A DNA stretch of 64,000 bases from Lytechinus pictus. Lineage: Eukaryota. Positions within the stretch are counted from its first letter, which is position 1; each line of letters opens with the position of its first letter. Positions 48,901 through 62,200 of the stretch are shown here, piece after piece. The stretch covers positions 41,542,001-41,606,000 of the forward strand of contig NC_087245.1 in the NCBI RefSeq assembly GCF_037042905.1, in the 5' to 3' direction. Below the pieces are notes generated by a model. That model searched no databases. It had not been told where the DNA came from and was given only the letters and a program-made list of their open reading frames with translations. A program made the position numbers and the translations under genes.

Positions 48901-51900
48901 ACTTTCAACAATTTATTTCCTTGTATTATAATAAGAAGTACTAGTAATTTTATATCATTCCATGTTTGTATTTGAGTATTATTCTATTGTTGTAAATTGT
49001 ACACATGTTTTTATTCAGCCTTTGGCTGCGAGGCATGTAATGTTTTTAATAAACCATTATTGAATTGAATTGAATTGAATTTATAATTTATGACATTGAT
49101 TAAATTAAATTTTATGTAGGTAAACGCAGATTGAAAAAAAAAATGTGTTGCTTTTTTATTTGCTTGGATATCATATTGATTTTAATAGCTGTAGATTTAA
49201 TTCAGTTTCAAATAAAATACCTACCTTAAAAAAGGGTGGTAACTGCAGGTTATATCTGCATGAAACGGTATGGTTCAGAAAACTTGATCAGGTAATAATA
49301 TGACAAATCACTGTTGTTAGGTCATTTCATTGGTTGGGAATATTTTTCTTAGAATGACATGTTATTGGAGGCTCTTCATAATTGACATAACTCTGTCATT
49401 GATAGGAACTACCAAAATATACTAATAACCAATCAAAAATCAGTTTATATGGCAGTTATTCTTGATGGCAAAGTTACCATCAAATTTAGGTTTTATAGAG
49501 AGGTGGCACCCAGGGCCTTCCTTTCAGTGGAATATATTCGATATAACTCTAAAACCAGAAGTCAAGAATTTCGGGAGGGGGGGGGGGGGGGAGTGTAGCC
49601 CAGGCTGGTACTTTCGAGTCACAGGCTGTTAAAGAACACCTTCCACATACACAAACTGTATGGGGAAACTGAACACTTTATTGTTGCTATAGCACCACTT
49701 TTTACTATTTCTTGAGGAATAAAAGAAAAGTTGGAACTTTGATATAAATTTCAATATAAATCATTTTTAATCACAAGTAAAAGTACTCAATATCTTCTAA
49801 ATGATATAAATATCTTATAAAGATTCTATGATTATATACATGAAATGACAATACGAATTAATGATGCTATATTGAATACAACATAAACTAATGAGGTATC
49901 TTTCGATTCTTAGTTTTCATTTTACATTGGTTTACAATTTAAGGCAAGAAGTATCATAACAGTTGCATCGTTCAGGATATTCGGTCTAACTCACACATCC
50001 TTCTGTCAATATCACTGTCCCATTTGCATCAAGTTAACCAGTTAGCTCTTAATCCTACATTCTGTTATTCCCATCCATTTCCAGTGAGAAACTGATTAAT
50101 AATACATAACTAAGCATTTGGGAGAGGTACAATGTGTCTATAAAACTGAGAAATTTGGTTCAAACGATGGTATCAATTAAGAAATCTAAAGTTTTACAAA
50201 TCAATATAAATCGCATTTGGTAAAATGTCGTTGGATAAAAATGTATTGCCTGTTTTGACTACATCCCAAAGTAAGCTTCTTGGCCATAAATATCAATCAC
50301 ATTTTCAATGCTACATGCATATTTTTGTCATATGTACATCCCGAGCAACAAAATTCAGACCCCTTGATTACTGTAATGCAACAAAGATTTACACGAACAA
50401 TCTAAAACCCCGAAAAAGCAACCCTGTATTCCAACATTACTAGATTTGTGAATGCATTATGAATACACATAATAGATATATTGTATCTATGAGGTTGAAC
50501 TGAACATATTTTGGAGTATTGCATTTAAGCCGACTACAAGTGAGTGTTGTACCCTTGGAATTAGAGGTACACTGTACCTGTTTCTTTTGAGCGAGCAACA
50601 TGGGAGCCTAATGTGGTGGCAGACAACAAAATGAAGGCTTTATTTCTTATTTCCAGACTATATCACCCTCTTTTTCAAGCAATATTGAATGATTATTATT
50701 TGACATACATTGATATACTAAAAACTGGAAAAAATATAAATGTGTGGATTTCAATCACCAAACTCAATAGTGGCAAGATTTTTTCTTTATCTCGACATTT
50801 TTTGGGGGTCTTTAGAGTTAGAACTATCATATATTAGCAGATGAACTGAATCAGCATATTTGCATTTTATTATGCAATGCAATAATATTGATTCTTGAGA
50901 ACAAAAAAACATATCTTATTCAATTTTATATGTATCAACAGGGATGCCAGTTCCGGCTATAGCCGAATTTCCAGCTTTCCACCTTTTTATACCATAAATT
51001 CCAGCTTTGACAATAACTGTCTGTCTTTTCTTTTGATCCCATCGCTGATAAGCCGGAAAAGATAATTATATTATATTGGATGGCTCAGAATGGAATACCA
51101 GTAATATTCCAAGTTGAAGAATTCAGGAATATTGGCCCTAACAAGTGGAATATTTCTGTTATTTCATGAAATAAAGCCATCCAATATAATTATTGTCATC
51201 TATACCACCCCCCCCCCAGAAAAAAAAGAGAGAGCAATTTGATTTAACAAGTCACTTATCACATTATGCCATTATCACTTCATAGGATCAAATTTGGTTG
51301 TTGACATGCGACTTTCATGTAGTTCATTATGACGTCGTTGAGCGTAGTTGTGCCCTATGCTGCGCGTTGCATTGCTTTCATTGTTGTACGAGTTGTATTT
51401 TTCACACATTCGCGCACGCGCCCTAACCTGTTGAATATGCTCTCATATTCGATACCAAATTTTGTACAGGAGCCTATGGGATATTCGTCGGATTTCGTTC
51501 CTTTTTAGGGATACGCTCTAATACTGCATGAGCAATTGATGCAGATCAAAATACGCGTTTTTAATGCATCACTTAAACACTCTATATAGATGATAATAGA
51601 GAATAAACAATAGCAAAAAATATGGTGCGAAAATTACAAGACAGACAAAACAAAAATTAGACTCCTCCAAGGGTGATTCTTGTAGCGTCTGAATTGCGTG
51701 TTATATTCATGTTACGTTTATAGTACATTACATGTATGCATTGGCGTGCGCATATATTTCAGAACGACTGAAATGGAAACCAGCCATCTCTATTGCATTC
51801 GATTTTCTTTTTGAGGTCTGGATAAAGCCAAACAAACTTGTTAGTTTACAGCATGCATTTGACACTTGGGAGCCCTTACTATAGCACTTTTAAAGGATAT

Positions 51901-53092
51901 TATTTAGGAAATTTATCTTGTGAATACGCAACTTTGGGGGTTTATTTTTGCTTTTGCTTTGATCATCGTGTGTTTTGCTGCGTCAGTGGTGGTGCATGTA
52001 CTGGGGTGGAGCAAGCCATCGCTCTCATCCACGACGGGCCTAGCCGGCCAGGCAGGCAACCGGTGCTCGCTAGCACCCTCTTGCTTTATTTGACTACATC
52101 ACTTATAAAAAATGGAGATTTGAAGAGACACTGTTGTGGTGTTTATTGATCCTGGTGTGAACAATAAATTTGATGGCTTGAAAAAGCCTTGAATTAGAAT
52201 CTAACGTGACTAGATCTATATATTTTATGAGCCTCGTTTTCTTTTTACCTTTTACTTACAAAATACATCAGATTTATCTATAAAGTATAATAAAATTTGA
52301 GGAGGAAAGACCCCTCTGATATGCCCAGATTGCAACAGAGAGCATCTAGAGCGAGCTTGCACTTTACAAGGGACCCGAGCCGGTGGGACTTTGTGCTTGC
52401 GTTTCGGGCTCGTGTCGTGCGCAATGCATGCATAAAATTCCTTCAAAAAATGTTGTCAGGCCCTGGAGCCACATGCCACTGCCATCCCTGATACCAAACA
52501 ATTAAGCAGTGAAAAATCACTTCTGGCTGCATCATTCTTGGGAAATATGAATAAACTAGAAAAATATCATCATTGAAAGACATGAATAATATTCAACTTA
52601 AAAAAATTGTCAAGTTCATTCAAACGTTACATACGTTTTCATTACTTTTTCATATTTTTTTGGTACAATTTTCTTCATTGAATATGGCACTCACAACACT
52701 TGAAAAACCAAATCTCACTTTTTGTGGTAGATACAAACTACAAATTAATCAAAACATTAGATATTAGATGAAAGACATGAATGATTTGCATCTATAAAGT
52801 TATCAAAATATTGAGAAGCTGGGTGAAATAACTAAGATCAAGCACCTTAGAAGGGATTGTTTCAATGTGAGTATCTCCAAAGCATTAGTGATCTCAACAT
52901 TCAAATGCTTTTTATGACTTTCTTACTGATTGCCAATTTTTTTCCTGACAATTTCATAGATCTTATTCTTCTTTTTTTTTCTGTATTCTCACACGATAAC
53001 CTATTCCAAAGATTTTCTTTTCTTTTCAATACCCAGAACTATTGTACCATTTTTATAATAATTATTACCATATAATCTCAGAATGGAGTTGG

Positions 53093-53277
53093 TCAATCCC
53101 GTGAAAGATAATCTTTTCCTTCATTGAAGATGGCGCCTACAAACTCTGAGAAGATTTCGCTCATGTACGTCTTACCACCACTTGGAAAAATACCCTTCAT
53201 GAATCCGCAATGGCCACCACGAGAGGTCATCACTATGGCAACATTGGGCGACCTTTTAGCTTCATCAAGAGGAATAG
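53093..53277 (-). CDS. ABHD3: ABHD3-like last exon with catalytic His (IPLDEAK..GGHCGF..LSRD*)
   Basis: ttgcag acceptor, stop TGA at 53095-53093. Confidence 0.92.
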
Positions 53278-56200
53278 CTGCAAGAGAAAGAGAAATTTCA
53301 GTCCATGAGATTAATTTTGTAATTTCCTAGTCATAGAATTATCAGAATTATATGGTATTAAAATTATTTATCAGTAAGTCAATTCATTGAGATGGTGTTA
53401 TGCGTCAAGTCTGTGCAAAGCCCCTCGTTGCCGCATGTGCGTATCTGTGCAATTCCAATACAAGAAGACACACAACGACCACTTTACATCAGCAATACAG
53501 ATACAGATATTCCATAAAAAGTTGGAATAAAAATGGTGAAAAATGTCAAATATTGGGTATTTCACGAACGGAAATCAAAATGCAGTCTTTCTCCACCCCA
53601 TCCGCCAATGTGTGTGATGAATGGGTGTACAGACATGGGGCATCATTGCTTCATTCAATTTCAAAATGCATGGCTGCAGTTTTTCTCTTTGATGTATAGA
53701 AGCTTTAAAGTGCCATTGACTTGTCGAAATGGCAATATACGTTATCTTGCCAAGGCAACATACAAATTTTTGTATCTCAAGACAATGTACCTCGTCGAGT
53801 TGACATACTAACATTATCATGTTGACATGGCATTGAGATAACCTATCTAGTCAGGTGTGTGGACCAGTCCTGTTAGCACTGCAGGGCAAATTGCCAACTG
53901 ATCTACAACCGCTAAGTCTACTACCCGTTTGGTCTAATCCATATGGTCTAATCCTAGTTCATCTACAACAAGTATGTCTGCCATTTTAGTCTGTCATTTA
54001 GCCCACTTACCATTTTGATGAATTTCCAGTTAGTTACGCTATATCCATTTTGTTTAATATCCTCCTAAAAACACCACTGCTTATGAACCGAATTTTCATT
54101 TGACAGAATAGAAGACAAAGTGGAAATTAGACCCACTGGGCATAAGACTAAATGAGAATTAGACTAAATGCATATTAGACCTAGTGTAGTGTCGATCAAA
54201 CGACAATTATATAGACCATTTTGATATTTGATCCAATGGGTTCAGCCCATGTGTTATTAGACTATCTCAGAAGTAGACAATCTGCTTGTAGACCAGTGAG
54301 TGCATATGTGACACCAACCACCCCAAAACCAACAATAAGTGACCAGGAAGGTTCTCTGTAAATAACTGAAGCAATAATTTGGCATTCAAAAAAGCAAAAA
54401 CTTACAAAATGAGCTTATCTGAAAGAGTAATTCTTGTTCTTCATACTGTCAAAATTTGAAGTTGTAAAACCAAATAAAAGACGAGATAAAAAGAATTTCT
54501 TTCACACCATTTCTTGGGGACCGCTTGAAAGTTTCACAGAGATTGCACAGTGTGCACATCGTATGCTTGAGTGCACGCCGAACTTCCAAACCTTGTTTTC
54601 TCCTTATCTTTTGCACCTCTTGCTAAATGTCTTCAGCATTCAATCAAGTACTTGCGAAGATGGTTGTTAATCAATTTTGACAAGTTATATATCATTTTAA
54701 AGCTTACGATGTGCCTTTGCAAGCTCAATGATAATCTCTGAATTCATTTTGGGTGATGTGATGTTGGTTTTTCGGGTGGCTGGTCACATTTGGATAACCA
54801 CTAGCAGGTCCAAAGAGACGACTTACTGTGGATGGGTGAGAAGGCATCATCAGCAGCATTGAGACAGAGGGTGGGTACCGTGATCTTAGACAGCTTACCC
54901 TTGGGGCTGGAGCTGCTGTAGTAATGGTGGACATCGCGGTAGCCAAAGACCTTGACCGTCAGGTGAGTATCAAACTCTCTCAGAGACCGAGACTAAATGG
55001 TGAGAGAGAAAAACCAAAAAAAGTCAGTAATTTGAAGATGCACACTGATCAAATTTCAATCAGTTAACAATCATATGAAGTTGATTGAAATCAGGAACAT
55101 TATTGCTCTATTCTACCATATGCAAAAAAATACAAAAGAAATAGTGAGTGACATCATCAACTTGCTCAATTGCATTTCACTGGGCTGTGCATATAACTGT
55201 TTTGTAAGAAATACGAAAAATTTTAACACGTTACAACTTTCTTATTTCATGTCAAATTTCAATGAAATTTTCAGCATTATTCTTGTTTGATATTTTTCTT
55301 TTTACCAAAATCAACTTATTGTTGGAGTGCAGTTTCCCTTTCATCAAAGCAATATATGTGTTCAAGTTTTAAGATACAAATACATGTAGATCAATCATGC
55401 AAACCTACCTTAAAGACTGAAGGCAAATCAAAATGGTCCTTAAATAGAATTCCCTTTCTGTAAAAAAATAAAAATAAAAGATGTATGTGTATCTGTAATG
55501 AATCCACTTTGTTAAGAGTAGAATTACTAACATTAATGGACGAAGAGGTTAACCATTTCTCTTTACAAGTATATAATCAACAATTCCTGAACCTGAACTT
55601 TTAAGACAGAATGGAAGTCAATATTTACACACTATTTGGCTTGAATTTAAGATGCCGCAATGGTTTCTTAAGTAAGTATTTTGCTTTAATTTGGCTTGGC
55701 AAAGTGAAATGTTAAACAGTGATCTGAATATGATTATAAGCATTTTGCTTAAGCAATTAAAATGCTATCTACATGTAATTTAAGTAGTCAATCAGTGCTC
55801 TGAATTGATCCAGACTACAGGCCCTGGTGGGTGTTTCATAAAGCTTTTAATAAGTTATCAGCGACTTTACGAATGACTCGTGATCCTTCCTTGTGGGAAA
55901 TGATACACACCAAATTTTCATTGATGTTGATAGTGCCTAAGAAAGGATCATCAGTCATTCGTAAAGTCGCTCGTAACTTACTGACGGCTTTACAAAACGC
56001 CTATACCAGCTGTGTTAGACTAAGAACCATACCACATAATCCTCACACTTACAGTTTGACAAGCCTGATGAGGTTCAATGTTAAAGTGTAGTTATAAAGG
56101 ATGCTATTGACAGGTTTCTCCAACGACTTGGCCGATTCCACGAGATCCCAGGCAACGGACACTGTCATAGCACCAGCAAGGGGTACGCATCGACTGCCGT

Positions 56201-59200
56201 ACTCCGCTAAGTAGTTCAATAGCATTATCCTGCAAAGTCGCACAATATGGAGAAAGAAACAAAAACTATTCAATCATAACTAGATGAGCTAAACTGCCTC
56301 TTAAAAAGAGGGGGGGGGGGTGGGGATATTTCATCACTATGGTCCATATTCTCAAAAGAGGTTTCAATCGTACCATGGTATAAAACCATGGACTATGTAG
56401 ATCTATTTCATTGACGCGCTTCATTTCAAGCGCACTTTGCCGAAAGCGCGCATTTAATTGGATTTAACTTTGTATATGCGTTGAAATAAGCGTAATTATG
56501 TTAAAAATATGCATAGTCCATGGGTTTGTACCATGGTACAATTGAAACCTCTTTTGAGAATACGAGCCTATATGTTTTTTGTTGTAGTGTTCAGAGTGAA
56601 CTTTTTCTTTTATGTAATTATGGAGTAATAAGGGGGGGGGGTGGGCAGCCTTGACAGGTCAATAGCCTTTTCCGTGCAATAGACGCCTATTGGATTAAAC
56701 TTTGTGTACGCGATGAAATTATGTTAAAAATCTGCATAGTCCATAGTTTTATACCATGGTACAAATAGACGCCTATTACACGTGGAGCAAGAGAGCCAAC
56801 AGTGCAATCGATCCCAAACTCTATGAACGTGTGTACAATAATTGCATGCACGTACCTGTATCATTGCGCTATATACAACACATGAAGGTAATATAATATT
56901 TGGAAAAATGAGAAAAAAAAGGCTTAAGTTAGACCAGAGTAAAATACTTTAATTAGATATGTAGTCCTAGTGTTATTACCCCATAGGCCTAACGTTTGAT
57001 CTATTTTGATTATTTGGTCTTGTTAGACTATGTCTACAAACACGTGTGGTATAAAACAAATAGTCAATGTTTGTCATTCATGCCATCCTTTGAATACTAC
57101 ATTCGGTGCAAGTCAAAGCATTCTATTCAACTCCGCTTTGAGTCCTTGAATAGACTCTTCCAACTTGAATGCTCATTTAATTTTCGTTACGATCGTACTC
57201 ATTAACATTGAATATTTGTATACTATGATTGTAATAAAAATTGTATATTTCATATTGTTTTATCTTGTATATGCATGCGTTTAAAAGCTAAATGCTTGCG
57301 GAGGTGTCGCAGTGTACTGGTTAAGTCAATTGACTCTTAAACCAAGGGTCAAGGGTTTGAGTGCCACCTGGCGCTAATGTCCTTTGGCAAGGCACTTATC
57401 CACTTTTGACACTCTACCTGGTAGGAAGTGAACGTCAATATGATTAGATTGGCATGTGTGCACCAATAAAAATGGTTGCCTGGCCAGGATGCTGCCCAGG
57501 GAGTTGAATGTGTGGAACAGTGGTGGATCCAATGACTGGGGCAATAATAATTACATGTAAAGCACTTAGAAACACAAAGTATGAAGTGCTATATGTAACT
57601 ACATGTATTATTATCATTAACCCTTTAGCACCTTAACCGCCCTTAACCGTCCGTACGTTTTCTTTGCGCTATAGTATCTCTTGTCTATGATTTACCGTGG
57701 TAATATTGCGTGTGCATACCGTACAGGTTGGCTGCTACATAGATCTGCATAGAAAAGTGTATGCTCCTATTGAGTATAATAGAGAACAAGTGGAATGCCT
57801 CTGGCGGTCTCACCTGCATCACGCGATTCAATATAGCAGCAGTGCTGACTTTGAAAACTACTATAACTCGCACAAGATGTTCAGTGATACTTGGTTACTC
57901 TTATGTCCACGTTTTATGAACTAGACCAATACACTTACAGAGATATAATGGTAATTCAACAAATACCCCCAAGGTGGCCAAAGTTCATTGACCTTTGACC
58001 TTGATCATGTGACCTGAAACTCGCACAGGATGTTCAGTGATACTTGATTACTCTTATGTCCAAGTTTCACGAGTCTGATCCATAAACTTTCAAAGTAATG
58101 ATGGTATTTCAACATATACCCCCATTATGGCCAAAGTTCATTGACCTTTGACGTTGGTCATGTGACCTAAAATGCGCACAGGATGTTCAGTGATACTTGA
58201 TTACTCTTATTTCCAAGTTTTATGAACTAGACCAACATACTTTCAAAGTTATGATGGTAATTCAACAAATACCCCCAATTTGGCCAAAGTTCATTGACCC
58301 TAAATGACCTTTGACCTTGATCATGTGACCTGAAACTTGCACAGGATGTTCAGTAATACTTGATTACTATTATGTCCAAGTTTCATGAATCAGATCCATA
58401 AACTTTCAAAATTATGATGGTAATTCAACAGATACCCCCAATTCGGCCAAAGTTCATTGACCCTAAATGACCTTTGACCTTGGTCATGTGATGTGAAACT
58501 CATGCAGGATGTTCAGTGATACTTGATTAACCTTATGTCCAAGTTTCATGAACTAGGTCCATATATTTTCTAAGTTATGATGACATTTCAAAAACTTAAC
58601 CTTAGGTTAAGATTTTGATGTTGATTCCCCCAACATGGTCTAAGTTCATTGACCCTAAATGACCTTTGACCTTGATCATGTGACATGAAACTCAGGCAGG
58701 ATGTTAAGTAATACTTGATTAACCTTATGGCCAAGTTTCATGAACTAGGTCCATATACTTTCTAAGTTATGCTGTCATTTCAAAAACTTAACCTTCGGTT
58801 AAGATTTGGTGTTGACGCCGCCGCCGTCGGAAAAGCGGCGCCTATAGTCTCACTCTGCTATGCAGGTGAGACAAAAACCGATTGACATGCATCGGTGTGT
58901 AGCAAGTTCCAGACTGTTGCGCAGTTGATCTCAGCAAAGATGGCTGCGTCCATGTCTCGGAAAACCACTTACTTCGCCGAAGAAGCTCGGGCCTTGCTAT
59001 ATGTTCATCAAAACGTTGGATATCACACAGAGTGACATCTAGATGTGAGTTGGAATTAATTTTTGACATATTTGATCCAAGATTTGGCGAAAACTTTAGT
59101 ATTCTGTCAGTGATACTTTACATTTTTTTGAAGGCGTGGGACTGGGGCGGCTGAAACCCGAACTTTTGTTTTTTTTTCTTCTCGCTCTGCAAACGATTGT

Positions 59201-62200
59201 CAAAGGTCAATATTCGTACATCTGATTGAACTTTGCCATGTACCATTCTATTCAACAGGTCCTATGCTACAAAATAAATATAACTTGTAATGAACAAAAG
59301 TAAATTTATAAAAAATATTTCAATTTGTTTGGAACAATGCCTACTTATTACCAGTTTTATTGTTTCCTCCAGTGAGTAATTGCCATTATGCATAGGAATC
59401 TGTAGGTGCTAGAGGGTTAATGTGGAGCATTGTGGCCCACAGGATTAGTATTAGTCTTCTGACTTGGAAACAGTGGGTCCTGGGTTCGAATCATAACCAT
59501 GCCATAATTTCTTTCAGCAAGAAATTTATCCGCATTGTGCTGCACTCTACCCAGGTGAGGTAAATGGGTACCTGGAAGAAATTTATTTGTTGAAATGCTT
59601 CCACGCTGTAAGAAGCTGCAGGGCTAGGGGCTCAAGCCAGGGTAATAAATATCCAAGTCCTTCTGAAGCGCATTAGGGACGTTACATCATACTGTGATAT
59701 GCGCTATATACAAGAACTGCCTTATTATTATTATGATTAAAGAAATGAAATGAAACACTGCTCACCCTCCTATTGATGCTCCATTGGCTAAAAGAGGTGC
59801 GTCAGGGTAGGTTTGGTGAATGTGGCTCAAAACAAAGTGAATGTCATCGGTGCTACCAGCACAGAATGTACGCGGAGTCTGGAGAATACACAGATAAATG
59901 AACAAATCCAATGCAAAATCATGTCATCTCCAATTTCTTTGTTACTTGCATATAAGATTCAGTAGATTCAGTATTTGCCTAAAACAATATAAGCACTTGT
60001 TCCAACAATTGCCTCACTTTGTAATACAATCACTCCTGGGTCCCGTAACACAAAGCTTAGCAATGATCGTAGAACATTTTTCTACGATTGATTGCATTGA
60101 CTACAATGCGCATTCAATTGTGAAAATCAAGCATACGATCAATCGCTAACCTTTGTGTTACGGGACCCAGGTTATATTTTGGTATAACATATATATTTTT
60201 TGCGATAATTGCTTTAGGCTGTACATATTGGCAACAAGATCTAGAGTTATTGATTCTTATCAGCTTCCATCTCAATTGCATACATTTGCATACATTAATA
60301 CACAACCCAGGAAGTGAAATCTGTCATTTTAGGATGATATTTGCAGATCCTTTAGCTTCAAGATAAAATAAAAGCTAAATGATTCCCCCCCTCACACATG
60401 TGCAGGAGCACCTTCTCCAGATCATGAACTTGGACCCAATTTCCGACACTGACCTTGATCTCTGCTCCTCCAAATCCTCTCTGGTTGAATACTACGGCCC
60501 TACATCCTACGCTAAGGACATCATCCACCATGTGCTTCACATAGATGCTCTGACTATCACCTAAAATCAATGACAAAAGTGATTTTTTTCAAAATAATTT
60601 ATACCCCTGAGCCCTGACAGAATGAATTATGTTGATGACAATATATTTGGAATTATTTTACTTATTTATTTATATCTATTTTGGAATTTGATTCATTTCC
60701 AACAGAAAAATTTAATACAATATCTTTACACACATATATAATTACATTCAATAACATTTTTTGTAATTAGCATATAATGAAATGTGCAAACATAACATGA
60801 TTTTGCAGACAATTTATAAAACATAGATGTATTTTAAATGAAGATATTCATGTACGGATATCTGTGAAAATTTTAATGCATACTAATTAATTTTTTTTTT
60901 CATCAGGCTTTACGGACACCGAGAAAGATTCTTATTTTCAAAAGAAATCTATAGGTAACCACACATTATTCAGGTGGTAAATCAATCCTTCTTTTCTTGT
61001 TAGATAGAAATGGTGCGTGTACGACATCATACATTACTTGGTATGGTAAACAAGAGATTTAGCATGAAAGAAAACAGATAAAAGATGCCTTGTTATGTGA
61101 AAACTGGGTTGAATAGTTCAATAGTCTTGCTTGATCATGACAAATATATGATGAAAGTGGTCCAATGAGATGAAGAAAGCCACACTCGATGAAGTATTTA
61201 CCACTGCTTTAATATTGAAGCATCCCAATCATGCATGGAGTATATTGTACGCATATTCAAACAACCAAATGATCCCCAGCTACCGTCCCCTATTATGAAG
61301 AAAACACCTTCTCATTCCTTCAGGTGTTTAATCTTGAGTGTTTGTCTAGAATATGTACATGCTAAATAATATGCTAAAAAATTGTACACCCCCCCAAAAA
61401 AAAAAATGCAGCCAGGGAATTAAGGACCGGATTCTCTGATTGAAAAGGATTTCAGTTAATAAAACTGAGTGGCCGGAATGAGATATAATTGTGACTTACT
61501 CAGACAGGGGCGGCGCCAGGGTATTTTGATTAGGGGAGGGGGAAAAAAAGGGTATCAAGGGGGAGCAAGATATCCAAAAGATGGCATATTTTTTTCAGTT
61601 GGATAACAGGCTAGTGTAGAGCTCTCTTTTTCTCCTTTTTTTCTCCCCTTTTATCTTAAAAAAAAAAAAACAATGGGGGGGGGCATAGGCAACCCTGACT
61701 CCCCCCCGCCCTGATGTGCCACCCCTGTGCTCTGACGTCATGTACGAATTGTAAACCCTGATATGTTCTTACCCGTTAGTCCAGGTATTAAGATAACTAT
61801 AGGCTCAGTAGCATCATCTGCTAATTGTTTCTCCAACCAATGTAACACAATTTCACCTCCGTCGGGGGTACTCAGTTTCTCGCTGGGATGACCATGAAAC
61901 AAAACAAGCATGAATAAAACAAGACTTAACAAAAAACAAGATGAACGATGAAAATGTACTTTTTGGTGAATTGCTGCCAACAAGTTTTCAAGTTTCACTC
62001 AAGATAGTGAAAATCACCGCCAGGGTGCACATAAAAGTTTTGAAAGTGGGGAGGAGGGGGGGGGGGGCTGACCATGCAAAAAAGACAAAATCAGATGGTA
62101 ATTTTTAAATTTTTGTACACATATGGAAAAATATATGAGTGTGTGTGTGTGCGCACCCCCTGTTCCGCAGCCCCTGACTAACATGACACCATCAGTGCAT

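Noticed and set aside
50939..52490. Possible hAT element with CAGGGATG(C/G)CAGT termini
   Set aside because: Short TIR only, no matching 8-bp target duplication and no transposase remnant recognised.
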